DNA of 64,000 nucleotides from an uncultured Acidobacteriaceae bacterium. Lineage in GTDB: Bacteria; Acidobacteriota; Terriglobia; Terriglobales; Acidobacteriaceae. The notes under the pieces are model-generated. The model had not been told where the DNA came from. It saw nothing but the letters and a program-made list of their open reading frames with translations, and did not search any database. The DNA lies in assembly GCA_963756485.1 (NCBI GenBank), contig CAVWNL010000011.1, positions 26,999 to 90,998 on the forward strand. Reading direction: 5' to 3'. Of the stretch, positions 1 to 9,296 are shown one piece after another. The position numbers and the translations under genes are program-made. Numbering within the stretch: position 1 is the first letter of the stretch; every line of letters begins with the position of its first letter.

Positions 1-1
1 G

Positions 2-514
2 CTGCAGGTGAACGCGGATAAGAGCGCGGTGGCGCGACCTTGGGCGAGGAAGTTTTTGGGCTACAGCCTCACGTGGCACAAACAGCCGAAGCTCAGGATC
101 GCGCCTCAGAGCCGTCAACGGTTTATGGACAAGATCCGTAAGCTGATGCGAGTCTGCCGTGGAAAGAGCCTGCAACAGACCATTGAGGCCCTCAACCCGG
201 TACTAAGGGGTTGGGTGCAGTACTTCCGGTTGGTCGAAGTGAAGACCATCCTGGAGCAACTCGATGGCTGGGTCCGGCACCGACTGCGGAGTCTTGTGTG
301 GCGGCAATGGAAGAGTGCCCGTAAACGGGCACACAGCCTGATGAAGCTTGGCATCGCCGAAGACATCGCCTGGCTCAGTGCAACCGACCGCCGAGGACCA
401 TGGTGGCACGGTGCGGCCCGGCACATGCACCAGGCGTATCCCAACAAAACCTTCGACCAAATGGGCCTCGTTTCCTTGCTCGCCCTGAGAAAACGTCTTA
501 CTGCTGTTTCGTGA
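2..514 (+). CDS. Group II intron reverse transcriptase/maturase, C-terminal part (N-terminus outside the window)
   Basis: The frame is open to position 2. It reads ..LQVNADKSAVARPWARKFLGYSL (last RT block), then maturase/X-domain-like LNPVLRGWVQYFR and LDGWVRHRLR. There is no CxxC/HNH endonuclease module at the C-terminus. Confidence 0.85.
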   Translation: MQVNADKSAVARPWARKFLGYSLTWHKQPKLRIAPQSRQRFMDKIRKLMRVCRGKSLQQTIEALNPVLRGWVQYFRLVEVKTILEQLDGWVRHRLRSLVWRQWKSARKRAHSLMKLGIAEDIAWLSATDRRGPWWHGAARHMHQAYPNKTFDQMGLVSLLALRKRLTAVS

Positions 515-582
515 ACCGCCGGATGCCGAACGGCACGTCCGGTGGTGTGGGAGGACGGCGGGAGCAATCCCGCCTCCTACCC
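515..582 (+). ncRNA. Group II intron ribozyme domains V and VI (hand-folded)
   Basis: Domain V: ACCGCCGGA/UCCGGUGGU lower helix, CG bulge, UGCC/GGCA upper helix, 4-nt loop. Domain VI: GGGAGG(A)CGGCGGGA-GCAA-UCCCGCCUCCU(A)CCC with unpaired A579 as the candidate branch point. Confidence 0.6.
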
Positions 583-663
583 GATTCAGACTTTTGGCGG
601 TTCAGGGAGATTTCGGCTGGCGCCGACCATGCCCACGGTTCTCTAATATCAACCAACAACAGC

Positions 664-1123
664 CTAGAAGGGAATATCGTCGTCGGTTATTTCCGTACCG
701 GCAAACTCTTCGTGTTGAACCGGCGCGCGCTGATCGAACGATGACGTATTCGACCGCGATCCCGCCGCCGCCGGCATCTCCTTCGCCGCGGCCCGACAAC
801 AGGACAATATCGTTGACGATAATTTCCGTGCGGTACTTCTTCTGCCCCGACGCCTGATCATCCCAGGACCGGGTCTGAATGCGGCCTTCCACGTAGAGCT
901 TGGCGCCCTTCTTTACGTAGTCGCGGATAATCTCCGCCACTCGTTGATACGCGGTCAGGTTGTGCCACTCGGTGCGATCCTGCCACTCGCCGGCCTTGTC
1001 TTTGAACCGATCCGACGTGGCCAGGGTAAGATTCGCGACCGGCAAACCGCTGGGTAAAAATTTGACTTCCGGGTCTTTGCCGACGTTGCCCAGGAGAATG
1101 ACTTTGTTAACGCTCTTTGGCAT
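664..1123 (-). pseudogene. ssb: Single-stranded DNA-binding protein, reading frame broken as assembled
   Basis: The OB-fold frame starts at ATG 1123 (RBS GAAGGA): MPKSVNKVILLGNVGKDPEVKF..TEWHNL..RSWDD. After ..GDAGGGG (GGC repeat, 758-775) SSB-like sequence continues only in another frame: GSRSNTSSFDQ..EFAGTEITDDDIPF, stop 664-666. Confidence 0.85.
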
Positions 1124-1185
1124 GATGTTCCTTCTCTTTTAGATAAGGCAGAAGCATAGCAGAACTTTCTGCCGGGTTGTCTTGG

Positions 1186-1440
1186 TTAACTTTTCTTTAT
1201 ATCGCGGACACGCGCCAGGCGGCGATTGCGCAGCCACTTGGCCGCTCCCAGCAACGTGAGCATGCTGCCAAACGGAAGGCACATCATGGCCAGCAGCAGC
1301 GCCAGCCAGCCGGAATTCGTGTGCGGGCCGTGCACGCCGATGCCGCCGAACACCGTCGCCGTCAGCAGCGCGGCCACGCCCCCCACCACCAGGATCCAAA
1401 TGCCCGCGCGCAGCAGTTGGACCGTGCCATCGTCCGGCAT
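1186..1440 (-). CDS. Small membrane protein (two hydrophobic helices), unknown function
   Basis: ATG 1440 is preceded by GGTGAGG. The product reads MPDDGTVQLLRAGIWILVVGGVAALLTATVF..WLALLLAMMCLPFGSMLTLLGAAKWL. Same strand as and close to the DUF420 gene. The start is uncertain (alternative ATG 1473). Confidence 0.4.
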   Translation of the reverse strand: MPDDGTVQLLRAGIWILVVGGVAALLTATVFGGIGVHGPHTNSGWLALLLAMMCLPFGSMLTLLGAAKWLRNRRLARVRDIKKS

Positions 1441-1490
1441 CGGCCTCACCGGCCGCGGGCCCGCTTCCTGCATCACGGAAGGCGCCGCGC

Positions 1491-2039
1491 TCAGCGCCAC
1501 GCGGCCAGCATGGCGTACACCACCACCCCCGTGACAGAAACGTAAAGCCAGATGGGTAGGGTGAAACGCGCGATCTTGCGATGCTGCCGGAAGCGGCCGC
1601 TGAGGGAAAAGAAGAAGGTGGTCAGCACCATCGGCAGTGCCACCACCGACAGCACGATGTGGCTGGCCAGGATGCTCAGATAGACCGTCCTCACCGTCCC
1701 GAAGCCGGGGAAATGCGTCTCTCCATGCAGCGCATGGTTGGTGATGTAGCTGACCAGGAAGAGAGACGAGAAAACAAACGCGACGATCATGGACACGCGA
1801 TGGGCGGGAATATTCCTCTGGCGAATAAAGTAGAACCCAGCCAACAGCGCAACCGTGCACAGACCATTCAGCAGTGCATTCAGCGCCGGCAGAAACCGCA
1901 GCCGGGAATCAGCAGCATCCAGCGGATGATGCAGGTAAAGCAGCCAAAGCAAAAAGCAAACGGCGGCCGCACTCACCGCGACGATCAGCGCGATGGGGAG
2001 CGCCACCGAAGGCCGCTGGTTGGTTTCCGCTACATACAT
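1491..2039 (-). CDS. DUF420-family membrane protein (typically linked to heme-copper oxidase/ctaB clusters)
   Basis: ATG 2039 has an AGGAGAGG RBS. The multi-TM product reads MYVAETNQRPSVALPIALIV..FYFIRQRNIPAHRVSM..LASHIVLSVVALPMVL..FRQHRKIARFTLPIWLYVSVTGVVVY. The upstream part of the 253-aa ORF is not protein-like. Confidence 0.7.
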   Translation of the reverse strand: MYVAETNQRPSVALPIALIVAVSAAAVCFLLWLLYLHHPLDAADSRLRFLPALNALLNGLCTVALLAGFYFIRQRNIPAHRVSMIVAFVFSSLFLVSYITNHALHGETHFPGFGTVRTVYLSILASHIVLSVVALPMVLTTFFFSLSGRFRQHRKIARFTLPIWLYVSVTGVVVYAMLAAWR

Positions 2040-2059
2040 GTTTCCCTTTCCTCTCCTGG

Positions 2060-2883
2060 CTACGCGGCCGGCCGGTGGGTGCGCCGGTTCACAATCGCCC
2101 AGGATGCGGCAAACGTCACCAGGCAAACCCCGGCGGTGACCGCCAGGTTCACAGGCAAAGAAAACACGGTGGGCGCCTCGGGAAACAAAGCCCCACGCAG
2201 CGCTTCCACGCCGTAGGTCAGAGGGTTCAGCATCATGCAGAAGCGCATCCACCCTGCGGCTCCGCTCAGCGGAAACAGGCGCCCGAAAGCAGCCACAGCG
2301 GAATCAACAGCATGTTCACGATGGCGTGAAAGGCCTGCGTCGAATCCATGGGCCAGGCAATGGCAAAGCCCAGCGCCGTCAGCTCAAAGCTGATCATCAC
2401 CACCGCCAGGATGCTCAAGCCGATCGCCACCGGCGTCAGGTGCACGCCGACCAAGGGCGCAAACACCAGAAAGATGATTCCCTGAATGGCGGCCAGCGTA
2501 GCCCCGCCCAGCACCTTGCCCAGAACCACCGAAGACCGGCTCACCGGAGCCGCCAGCACCGAAAGCAAAAAGCCCTCGTTCCGGTCCTGGATCAGCGACA
2601 TCATGCTGAAGATCGCGGTAAAGAGCACAATCATGGCTACGGATCCGGGAAAGAAGTATCCCAGGTAATGCGCCGACGATCCGGAGCCGGTGCTGAAACT
2701 GTGGGCGAAGCCCGCGCCCAGCACCACCCAGAAGATCAGGGCGAGGCAATCACTCCCGGCCACGCGGGCCTTCTGCCGATAAAAACGGACAATCTCCCGC
2801 TGCCACAAGCTATAAGCCGGCAGCCAGATGCCCGGCGATATGGCCTGGCGCGTGCGCGGCGCAGTCGCGGCTATGGTTGCCAT
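2060..2883 (-). pseudogene. ABC-2 type exporter permease, one frame break
   Basis: Frame 1 ends ..HAIVNMLLIPLWLLSGA(CFR*). The family-typical continuation LFPLSGAAGWMRFCMMLNPLTYGVEALRGAL.. is in a second frame down to stop 2060. The break is at about 2277-2285 (GGCGCC/C run). Confidence 0.8.
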
Positions 2884-3888
2884 GATGTCTCCTTCTCCCC
2901 GGCATCGGTCCAGAAGCGATGCCCGGTGCGTTGAATAAATACGTCCTCGAGCGACGGACGCGCCACCGAAATGCCATCCACTTCCCCGGGGAAAGCTTCG
3001 ACCACCGCGGTCACCAGGCGATGCCCCTCGGGACGCTCCAGGCGAACGGTGCTGCCCATCACATTCGGCTGCACTCCGAAACGGGCGCCCATGCGTTCCG
3101 CCAGCGAGCGCGCCGCCTCCGGGCTCGCAGTCTCAAACAGCACCACATCGCCGCCGATAGCCGACTTCAATTGCGCCGGCGAACCCAGCGCCACCAGGTT
3201 GCCCTGGTTCAGAATGGCCAGCCGGTCGCAATGTTCTGCCTCTTCCATCAGGTGCGTCGTCACCAGGATGGAAACGCCCTCCTGGTCCCGCAGGGTGCGC
3301 AGGTATTGCCACATGTCGCGCCGCGCGCCGGGGTCGAGGCCGGTCGATGGCTCGTCCAGCAGCAGCACCGCCGGGGAATGGATGAGGCCCTTGGCCAACT
3401 CCACCCGCCGCTGCATGCCCGCCGGAAAGTGTTTCCACGTATTCCTTGGCGCGGTCGCTCAGCCCTACCCGGCGCAAGACTTCGGCGCTGCGGGTCTTGA
3501 GCATCTCGCCGCGCAAGCCATACAGGTGCCCCTGGTGCTTCAGGTTTTCCGCCACCGTCAACTTGAGATCCAGGCTCCTGGCCTGGAAGACGATGCCGGT
3601 CTGCTGCCGCGCCCGATTCGGTTCCCGGGCCACATCGAACCCCTGGATCCGGGCCACTCCGCCACTCGGCACCATCAAGGTAGAGAGGATGCGGAAGAGC
3701 GTGGTCTTGCCGCTGCCATTGGGGCCCAGCAAGCCGAAGATTTCCGCTGGCTGCACGGCAAAACTCAGGTTGTCGAGCGCCAGGCGGTCGCCATAGTTAT
3801 GCGACAGCCGGTCCAGCTCAATCGGCATCGCTTCCGCCTTACCGTTTGGCTGGATGTTCGCTGCCGGATGTTCGCTCAGGGTAGCCAT
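2871..3888 (-). pseudogene. ABC transporter ATP-binding protein, one frame break
   Basis: Walker A GPNGSGKTT and signature ..ETLSGG lie in frame 1. MQRRVELAKGLIHSPAVLLLDEPSTGLD (Walker B), the H-loop TTH and the C-terminal domain lie in frame 2. The break is at about 3417-3423. It overlaps the permease start by 13 nt. Confidence 0.85.
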
Positions 3889-3892
3889 GTGC

Positions 3893-4874
3893 CTATGTCC
3901 TTCCGGTTGCGTTCAGCATCATCACCAGGAGCAGCAGCGGAAGGTGGATCACGCTGGCTCGCAGCAGCTCACGCGCATACTTCCGCGATTCCGCCGTGGT
4001 GAGCGCCCGGGTAATGCGGGCAAAGCGAATGGTGTAAGCCAGGTAAACCAAACCCAGCAGCACCGCGGTGACCAGGTAGAACCGCCCGGTCAAGTGCAGG
4101 TAAAACGGTACGACGCTGACCGGGATCATCAGCACGGCATAGATGAGCGCCTCGCACGCCGTGGACCAGCCGTCGGGCTGCACCACCGGCAGCATGCGGA
4201 TCCCGGCCTTGGCGTAGTCTTCGCGATACAGCCACGCGATCGCCATGAAGTGGGGAAACTGCCATACAAAAAGGATGGCAAACAGGGATACCGCCGGCCA
4301 CTCAATCACGCCCCGCGCGGCAGTCCAGCCCAGTAGCGGAGGCATGGCGCCGGGAAATGCGCCAATGAAGGTGGCCAGCGTGGTGTAGCGCTTTAGCGGG
4401 GTGTAGACCGTTACATAGATGAACCCCGTCAGCAGTGTCAGCATCACCGTGACCGGGTTGGTATACCAGGCCAGCACCACCGCCCCGGCGGCAAAACATG
4501 CGAGCCCCAGCACCAAGCCGTAAAGCGGTCCGACGCGGCCGGCGGCGAGAGGGCGTTGCGCGGTCCGGGTCATCCTGGCCGTCGGTCTTACGCTCGATGA
4601 CCTGGTTGAGCACGCTGGCGCCGCAGGAAACCAGCGTGATGCCCAGAAGCGCCTGTACCAGGCCCCAATGAATGCTGGTAATGCCGGACCGCATCGATCC
4701 CAGGTAGAAGCCGGCCCATGCCGTCAGCACCACCATCGAGGTCACGCGAACTTTGAAGAGCTCCTGGTAATCGGCCAAAAGGGAATGCCGAACCGGCTTA
4801 GCGGACACCGCGAGCCCCGGCACAGCCATGTCTCCTGCCGGGACGCGATCAACGGCGTGGGCGGCTGGGGTCAT
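3893..4874 (-). pseudogene. ctaB: Protoheme IX farnesyltransferase (heme O synthase), one frame break
   Basis: The N-terminal frame reads ..FKVRVTSMVVLTAWAGFYLG..NQVIERKTDGQ. The second frame continues MTRTAQRPLAAGRV..YTPLKRYT..WQFPHFMAIAWLYREDYAKAGIRMLP. The break is at about 4574-4577. Confidence 0.85.
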
Positions 4875-5031
4875 GGGAGCGAAATCCTGGGTTGCGGCTG
4901 ATTATGGTTCGTCAAGGCGGCTCCCTTCAATGATAGCAAGCAAGCGCGCCGAAGCCGGGCGCGCCATTTTGATCTCACGCTGTACCGAGCGGCCAAAGAC
5001 GAGCGTGTGAGAACCAGCGTTTTCCACTTTA

Positions 5032-5329
5032 GTCCCGGCGGGACGGCTGAACTTCAGTTTGCCAAGCATGAGTCGAAAAGCGTACCTCAGCGGCTAAAGC
5101 CGTCGTTGGAAGGCTTTTTTACGGCACGGCTTAAACCCGTGCCCTTCGTGCAGAGACGCTTTTCCCTCAGCCTGTCTAGCGTTCAAGTCCCGACCAACCG
5201 AGAAAGCAAATTTGGACAAGTCTGGCTCTAAACCCTCGTTAGCTGCTGGCTCCATGCGGCCTTTGAGACGGACTCGATTAGCTTTTCCTAGGAGGATCCC
5301 AGGTCTCAAAAGCGAGACCTAGGGCACCC
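5032..5329. repeat. Cluster of short palindromic dispersed-repeat units in the ctaB / AI-2E intergenic region
   Basis: Three units occur here: gtcccggcgggacggctgaa (5032-5051), ggcacggcttaaacccgtgcc (5123-5143) and aggtctcaaaagcgagacct + gagacctagggcaccc (5301-5329). Each has relatives elsewhere in the window. Confidence 0.6.
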
Positions 5330-5345
5330 TTCGCGTTTCCAGGGG

Positions 5346-6422
5346 TTATCCATGGGATCCGATGGCTGGTTCGGGCTCGTCATGCTGAACGAGGTACTCC
5401 TGGATCAGCACCGAAACCAGCACCGCCGTCGGCACCGCGATCATGGCTCCTACGACGCCCGCCAGCTTCGACCCCACCAGCAACGCGATCAGAACTCCCA
5501 GCGCTGAAAGGTCCACGCTGCTCTTCATGATGCGCGGCGTCAGGTAAGAGGTCTCAACCTGGGCGTAAATGGCATAAAAAATTGCCACCCCCGCCACCTT
5601 CTCCCAGGAATCGGTCGCCGCTGCCAGCAGCACCAGCGCCATCGACACCATAGCGCCCACGATAGGGATGATGTTGAGAACCCCCATCAGAACCGCCAGC
5701 GCATAGGCATAGCGGATCTTGAGCAAAACGAACACGATGAGGCTGCAAAGCCCGAGGATGAGCATGAGCCCGCCCTGGCCCACCAGCCACTTGCCCATGC
5801 GCGCGTCGGCGCGCAGCAGGGTACGGTTCAGCCGCTCTCTGGCAGGCTGGGGGAAAAACGAAAGCGCCCAGTGGTAGGCCTCATCCCCTTCCAGCATGAA
5901 GTACACGGTAAGAAAAAGGACTGCGCCGAGGTCGGCCAGCTTGCTGGCCCAACCGCTCAGAGACAGGAACAGGTACTCGGCGAAATTGGACGCAAATCCC
6001 TGAAGCTTGCTGTTCAGACCGGAAAGATTAATGTGAGAAACAAAGGGAACCCGATGCAGCTGCTCGAGCAATTGCGGGCCGCGCGTGGGCATCTCCGAGA
6101 TCAGGGATTGCACGTCCCGTAACACCGGAGGCAACGCAAACGCAAAAAACAAGGTAGCCGCGGCCGCCAGGCTCAGCAACAGGAGAAAGATTGCCAGCCC
6201 CCGGCCGGGATGCCACTTTCCGATATGGATGCGGGTGATACCCCTAATGACAGGAGAGAGGACAACCGCAAACAGCGCGCTTACATAAAGCAGCAGCAGG
6301 ATCTCCCGCATCAGGTATGCGGTGGCCAGGGCCAAGGCAATAGCAAAGGCAAAGACGACATTCCCCCGCGCCGAGCGGGTTCTCGCGGTTTCGACCCGCT
6401 CTACGCCCCCTTCACTCACCAT
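5346..6422 (-). CDS. AI-2E family transporter (PerM/UPF0118)
   Basis: Intact 358-aa polytopic membrane ORF starting at ATG 6422. The overall pattern (..LLLLYVSALFAVVLSPVI.., ..GVLNIIPIVGAMVS.., C-terminal ..IAVPTAVLVSVLI) is typical of the family. Confidence 0.8.
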   Translation of the reverse strand: MVSEGGVERVETARTRSARGNVVFAFAIALALATAYLMREILLLLYVSALFAVVLSPVIRGITRIHIGKWHPGRGLAIFLLLLSLAAAATLFFAFALPPVLRDVQSLISEMPTRGPQLLEQLHRVPFVSHINLSGLNSKLQGFASNFAEYLFLSLSGWASKLADLGAVLFLTVYFMLEGDEAYHWALSFFPQPARERLNRTLLRADARMGKWLVGQGGLMLILGLCSLIVFVLLKIRYAYALAVLMGVLNIIPIVGAMVSMALVLLAAATDSWEKVAGVAIFYAIYAQVETSYLTPRIMKSSVDLSALGVLIALLVGSKLAGVVGAMIAVPTAVLVSVLIQEYLVQHDEPEPAIGSHG

Positions 6423-6429
6423 GCGGCAC

Positions 6430-6993
6430 TCACCTCGTTCTTCCTTCCAGGAGCCAATTCAAAGAAACGTCCGCTAATACTCGATCGGCCACTTGCCGTG
6501 CCTCCAGGCCTGTAGTCGTAACCGTGACGTGGGCTGCGCGGTAGTGCGGCAGGCGCAGGGCATGGCGCGCCTCCAGGGCTTCCGGCGCCGCCAACAAGGG
6601 TCGCACTTTCCCCTCCACTGTGCACCGTGCCAGCAGGTCGGGCAATTCAGCATGCAGGAAAACCAGGCAATTTCCGGGTGAGCGGATCAGAAGGGAACGG
6701 CTCGATTCGTCTTCCACCGTGCCCCCGCCAAGCGCCAGCACGATTTCCTCTTCGCCATTTACCTGCTGGACCGCTTGCCGTTCTTGCCGGCGAAACTCCG
6801 CCTCGCCGTAGTCGCGGAAGATCTCCGCAATGGTGCGATGACTGTTGGCCTCGATGACATCGTCCAGGTCGAGAAACCTCCAGCCCAGGTCGCGCGCCAG
6901 AATCGCGCCGACGGTGGACTTCCCGGCGCCCATAAACCCCGTCAGAATCAAGCGGGAAACCCGCTGCCTCTCTTGCTGCGCCCGCTCGCTCAT
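6430..6993 (-). CDS. aroK: Shikimate kinase
   Basis: RLILTGFMGAGKSTVGAILARDLGWRFLDLDDVIE..IAEIFRDYGEAEFRRQE..LALGGGTV. The gene lies 7 nt upstream of the AI-2E gene. Confidence 0.85.
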   Translation of the reverse strand: MSERAQQERQRVSRLILTGFMGAGKSTVGAILARDLGWRFLDLDDVIEANSHRTIAEIFRDYGEAEFRRQERQAVQQVNGEEEIVLALGGGTVEDESSRSLLIRSPGNCLVFLHAELPDLLARCTVEGKVRPLLAAPEALEARHALRLPHYRAAHVTVTTTGLEARQVADRVLADVSLNWLLEGRTR

Positions 6994-7087
6994 GCCATCA
7001 GCGGATTATAGAGCGACGACGGCCCTCCACGGCACATGCGCCAACTAAGCCGAGCCTTGGATTGGCCCTCCGGTAGAGCGGACTACC

Positions 7088-7351
7088 CTACTTCACCCGC
7101 GAAGGCTCTTTCTTCAACGCTGTCTGGATGTTGTCCCACACCGCCGGGCTGGGGTCGTGGATAGGCAGCAGTAGCTTGGCTTGTTGCGCAATGTATTCCA
7201 GGTCTCTTACCAGCGCGCTGCAGTTCTCGCAGGTCTTCAAATGCTCTTGCGCGCTCAGATCTTCGCCCGACTCAAACAAGCTCGGAAGCTGGTCCTGAAA
7301 AGCGGCGCAATCGACGGTGATTCCGTTTGCTCCCTTTCGGACATCGTTCAT
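7088..7351 (-). CDS. Anti-sigma factor, zf-HC2 type
   Basis: ATG 7351 overlaps the sigma-factor stop (ATGA). The product has C..F.. then [18 protein letters not shown] (the HxxxCxxC zinc motif). Confidence 0.7.
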   Translation of the reverse strand: MNDVRKGANGITVDCAAFQDQLPSLFESGEDLSAQEHLKTCENCSALVRDLEYIAQQAKLLLPIHDPSPAVWDNIQTALKKEPSRVK

Positions 7352-8010
7352 AGAACTGCCTCTTTCCGTTGGCCCGACTTCAGAAGGTCTCGCAGCTTCA
7401 TGCGCGCCTTGTGTAACTGCGACTTGCTGTTTCCGATGGAGCACTCCAACATGCCCGCAATCTCATTGTGTTCATACCCTTCCACATCGTGCAATACAAA
7501 TACGAGGCGGTAGCCTGGGGGTAAATTCTCGATCGCGCGCTCCAGCGTGACCCGGTCCACCGAACCGGAAAGGGTAAGGTCGCGTGCGCCGATGTCCTTA
7601 CGCGGCCCGTCTTCCTGGGAAGGCTCCAGGGTTTCTTCCAGGGAAACCTGAGGTAGTCCCTTCTTGCGCAGGTGCATCAGCACAACGTTGACAGCGAGGC
7701 GATGCAACCAGGTGGAAAATGCCGAATCTCCACGGAAGGTCGAAATCTTACGGTAAAGCTGGAGAAAAGCCTCCTGCGTCAGGTCCTCGGCTTCGGCCAC
7801 ATTGCCTAACATGCGCAGGCACAAGGAATAAACTCGCCGCTTGTGCAGCGCGTACAACATTTCGAACGATGCCCCGTCGCCTGCCTGGGCCTTTTGAATG
7901 GCCTCGGCTTCGCCCGCGATCGGAGGATTACGGCGCAGATGCTGATTGGGCGCTTTGGCCGGGGCCGTCGGCCCGGGCGTCGTCGCCAAGTCCTTACTGG
8001 GAATAGACAT
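7348..8010 (-). CDS. ECF-type RNA polymerase sigma-70 family factor
   Basis: Region 2 reads ..[66 protein letters not shown]. Region 4 reads ..[45 protein letters not shown]. The start could be 8010 or 8079. Confidence 0.85.
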   Translation of the reverse strand: MSIPSKDLATTPGPTAPAKAPNQHLRRNPPIAGEAEAIQKAQAGDGASFEMLYALHKRRVYSLCLRMLGNVAEAEDLTQEAFLQLYRKISTFRGDSAFSTWLHRLAVNVVLMHLRKKGLPQVSLEETLEPSQEDGPRKDIGARDLTLSGSVDRVTLERAIENLPPGYRLVFVLHDVEGYEHNEIAGMLECSIGNSKSQLHKARMKLRDLLKSGQRKEAVL

Positions 8011-8154
8011 TGATACCTCTAGAAGAGAAGTTACCCCACCGCTATCTCTGCTCTGCCGGCGGATGTTCGCTTTCAGCATGGGAATTCACTCATTTAGGAA
8101 AGGAAACCTTCGGGATGGGAAGCACAATGCCGCTCTGGAGTTGCTTCGAGGCTC

Positions 8155-9192
8155 TTAACTGCCAATAAACCGGGCATAGAGACTTCGGGCGACGGTGATA
8201 TCGGTCGTGCCCTGCACCAGCGCCCGTCCGTCGGCAAAAAGCGTAACCGTATAGTCGCCTCGCTCGAAGCGCAGCAGAAGCTGGTTGAAGTTCACTTTTC
8301 CATGCGGTTCCAACCGGCGCCGCATCTCGGCGAAATCTACCGGACGATGATGTTCGTGGATCTGCACCGAATTCCGTCCGCACAGCGTGATCTGGGGACG
8401 ATCTTCTCCGCGGAGATAGGCAAAGTCCCGCCCCTGGCAAACCGGGCATTGCGCCTTGGGGGTGGCGGCGCTGATTTCCGCCTGGTCGTTGGTCCAAAGA
8501 TCGCGGCCCAGGAGGGTTCGCCGCATTTTGTCCTTCGCGCCTACGAGAAACTTGAGCGCCTCGGTCACTTCGACCGAGGCGGCAAAATTGACCGCAGTGT
8601 TGAGGATTCCCGAGGTGTCACAGGTCTCGACCATCCCGGCCGGCGGCCGGGGAAAGAGGCATGCCAGGCAGGCCGTCTCTCCGGGCAGGATGTTCATGGT
8701 CGCGGCATAAGCTCCCACGGCGGCCGCGTAAATCCAGGGGCGGCCCTGTTCGATGGCGTAGTCATTCAGTAGATAGCGGGTCTCGAAGTTATCCGTAGCG
8801 TCGAGCACGATGGAAGCTTCGCCCAGCAGGGCATGAATATTGGAAGGGACCAGGTCCGACACGTGCGCGTGCACCCGGGTCTGGCTGTTGAACTGCGCGA
8901 TCTTGCGCCGGGCGGCTTCGGCCTTGGGCAGGGCTTCACGGGCATCGGCTTCATCGAAAAGAACCTGCCGTTGCAGGTTGCTCTCTTCTACAAAGTCACG
9001 GTCCACCAGGGTCAGGGTTCCCACCCCGGCTCGCGCCAGGAGAGCCGCCGCCGCAGCCCCGGTCGCGCCGCACCCCACCAGTGCTACGTGGCCCTGGGCC
9101 AGGCGCCTCTGTCCCGCCGCACCAATCCCCGGGTAGAGTACCTGGCGTGAGTACCGCTCCTCAATCTGTTCCACTGCACGCTCCCGTAACAT
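8155..9192 (-). CDS. ThiF/MoeB-family E1-like adenylyltransferase
   Basis: YSRQVLYPGIGAAGQRRLAQGHVALVGCGATGAAAAALLARAGVGTLTLVDRDFVEESNLQRQ; CxxC pairs (CLAC, CPVC); C-terminal ..TLFADGRALVQGTTDITVARSLYARFIG. ATG 9192 was chosen because the upstream ORF part is not conserved-looking. Confidence 0.8.
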   Translation of the reverse strand: MLRERAVEQIEERYSRQVLYPGIGAAGQRRLAQGHVALVGCGATGAAAAALLARAGVGTLTLVDRDFVEESNLQRQVLFDEADAREALPKAEAARRKIAQFNSQTRVHAHVSDLVPSNIHALLGEASIVLDATDNFETRYLLNDYAIEQGRPWIYAAAVGAYAATMNILPGETACLACLFPRPPAGMVETCDTSGILNTAVNFAASVEVTEALKFLVGAKDKMRRTLLGRDLWTNDQAEISAATPKAQCPVCQGRDFAYLRGEDRPQITLCGRNSVQIHEHHRPVDFAEMRRRLEPHGKVNFNQLLLRFERGDYTVTLFADGRALVQGTTDITVARSLYARFIGS

Positions 9193-9296
9193 CCGGATTG
9201 GCGATCCCGTCTTAGTATAGAGATTCGTATAAAGAGAGAGCCGCGGCGGTCGGCATTCCAGATTGGCCCGAATCGGAATGCCCGTCTGAGAGGGTT

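Larger units (their letters stand above)
1..585 (+). mobile_element. Group II intron, 3' portion (C-terminus of the intron-encoded protein plus ribozyme domains V/VI); the 5' part lies upstream of the window
   Basis: An RT/maturase-type ORF is open to the left edge. Its stop (512-514) is followed directly by a domain-V-like hairpin (515-546) and a domain-VI-like hairpin (549-582). The domain-VI hairpin has one bulged A (579), 6 nt before a ..GAT end at about 585. Confidence 0.8.

Noticed and set aside
4893-5200. Possible tmRNA: gcggctgattatggttcgtcaagg resembles the tmRNA 5' end (GGGGCUGAUUCUGGAUUCGACGGG), and a GTTCAAGTCC T-loop-like string occurs about 290 nt downstream (5181-5190)
   Set aside because: There is no complementary 3' acceptor strand and no CCA context. 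The T-loop-like string has no pairing stem. No Ala-rich tag reading frame ending in ..LAA/VAA is present, and the conserved UUCGAC is altered. The region is otherwise explained by dispersed repeat units. An Infernal search with the tmRNA models (RF00023) would settle it.
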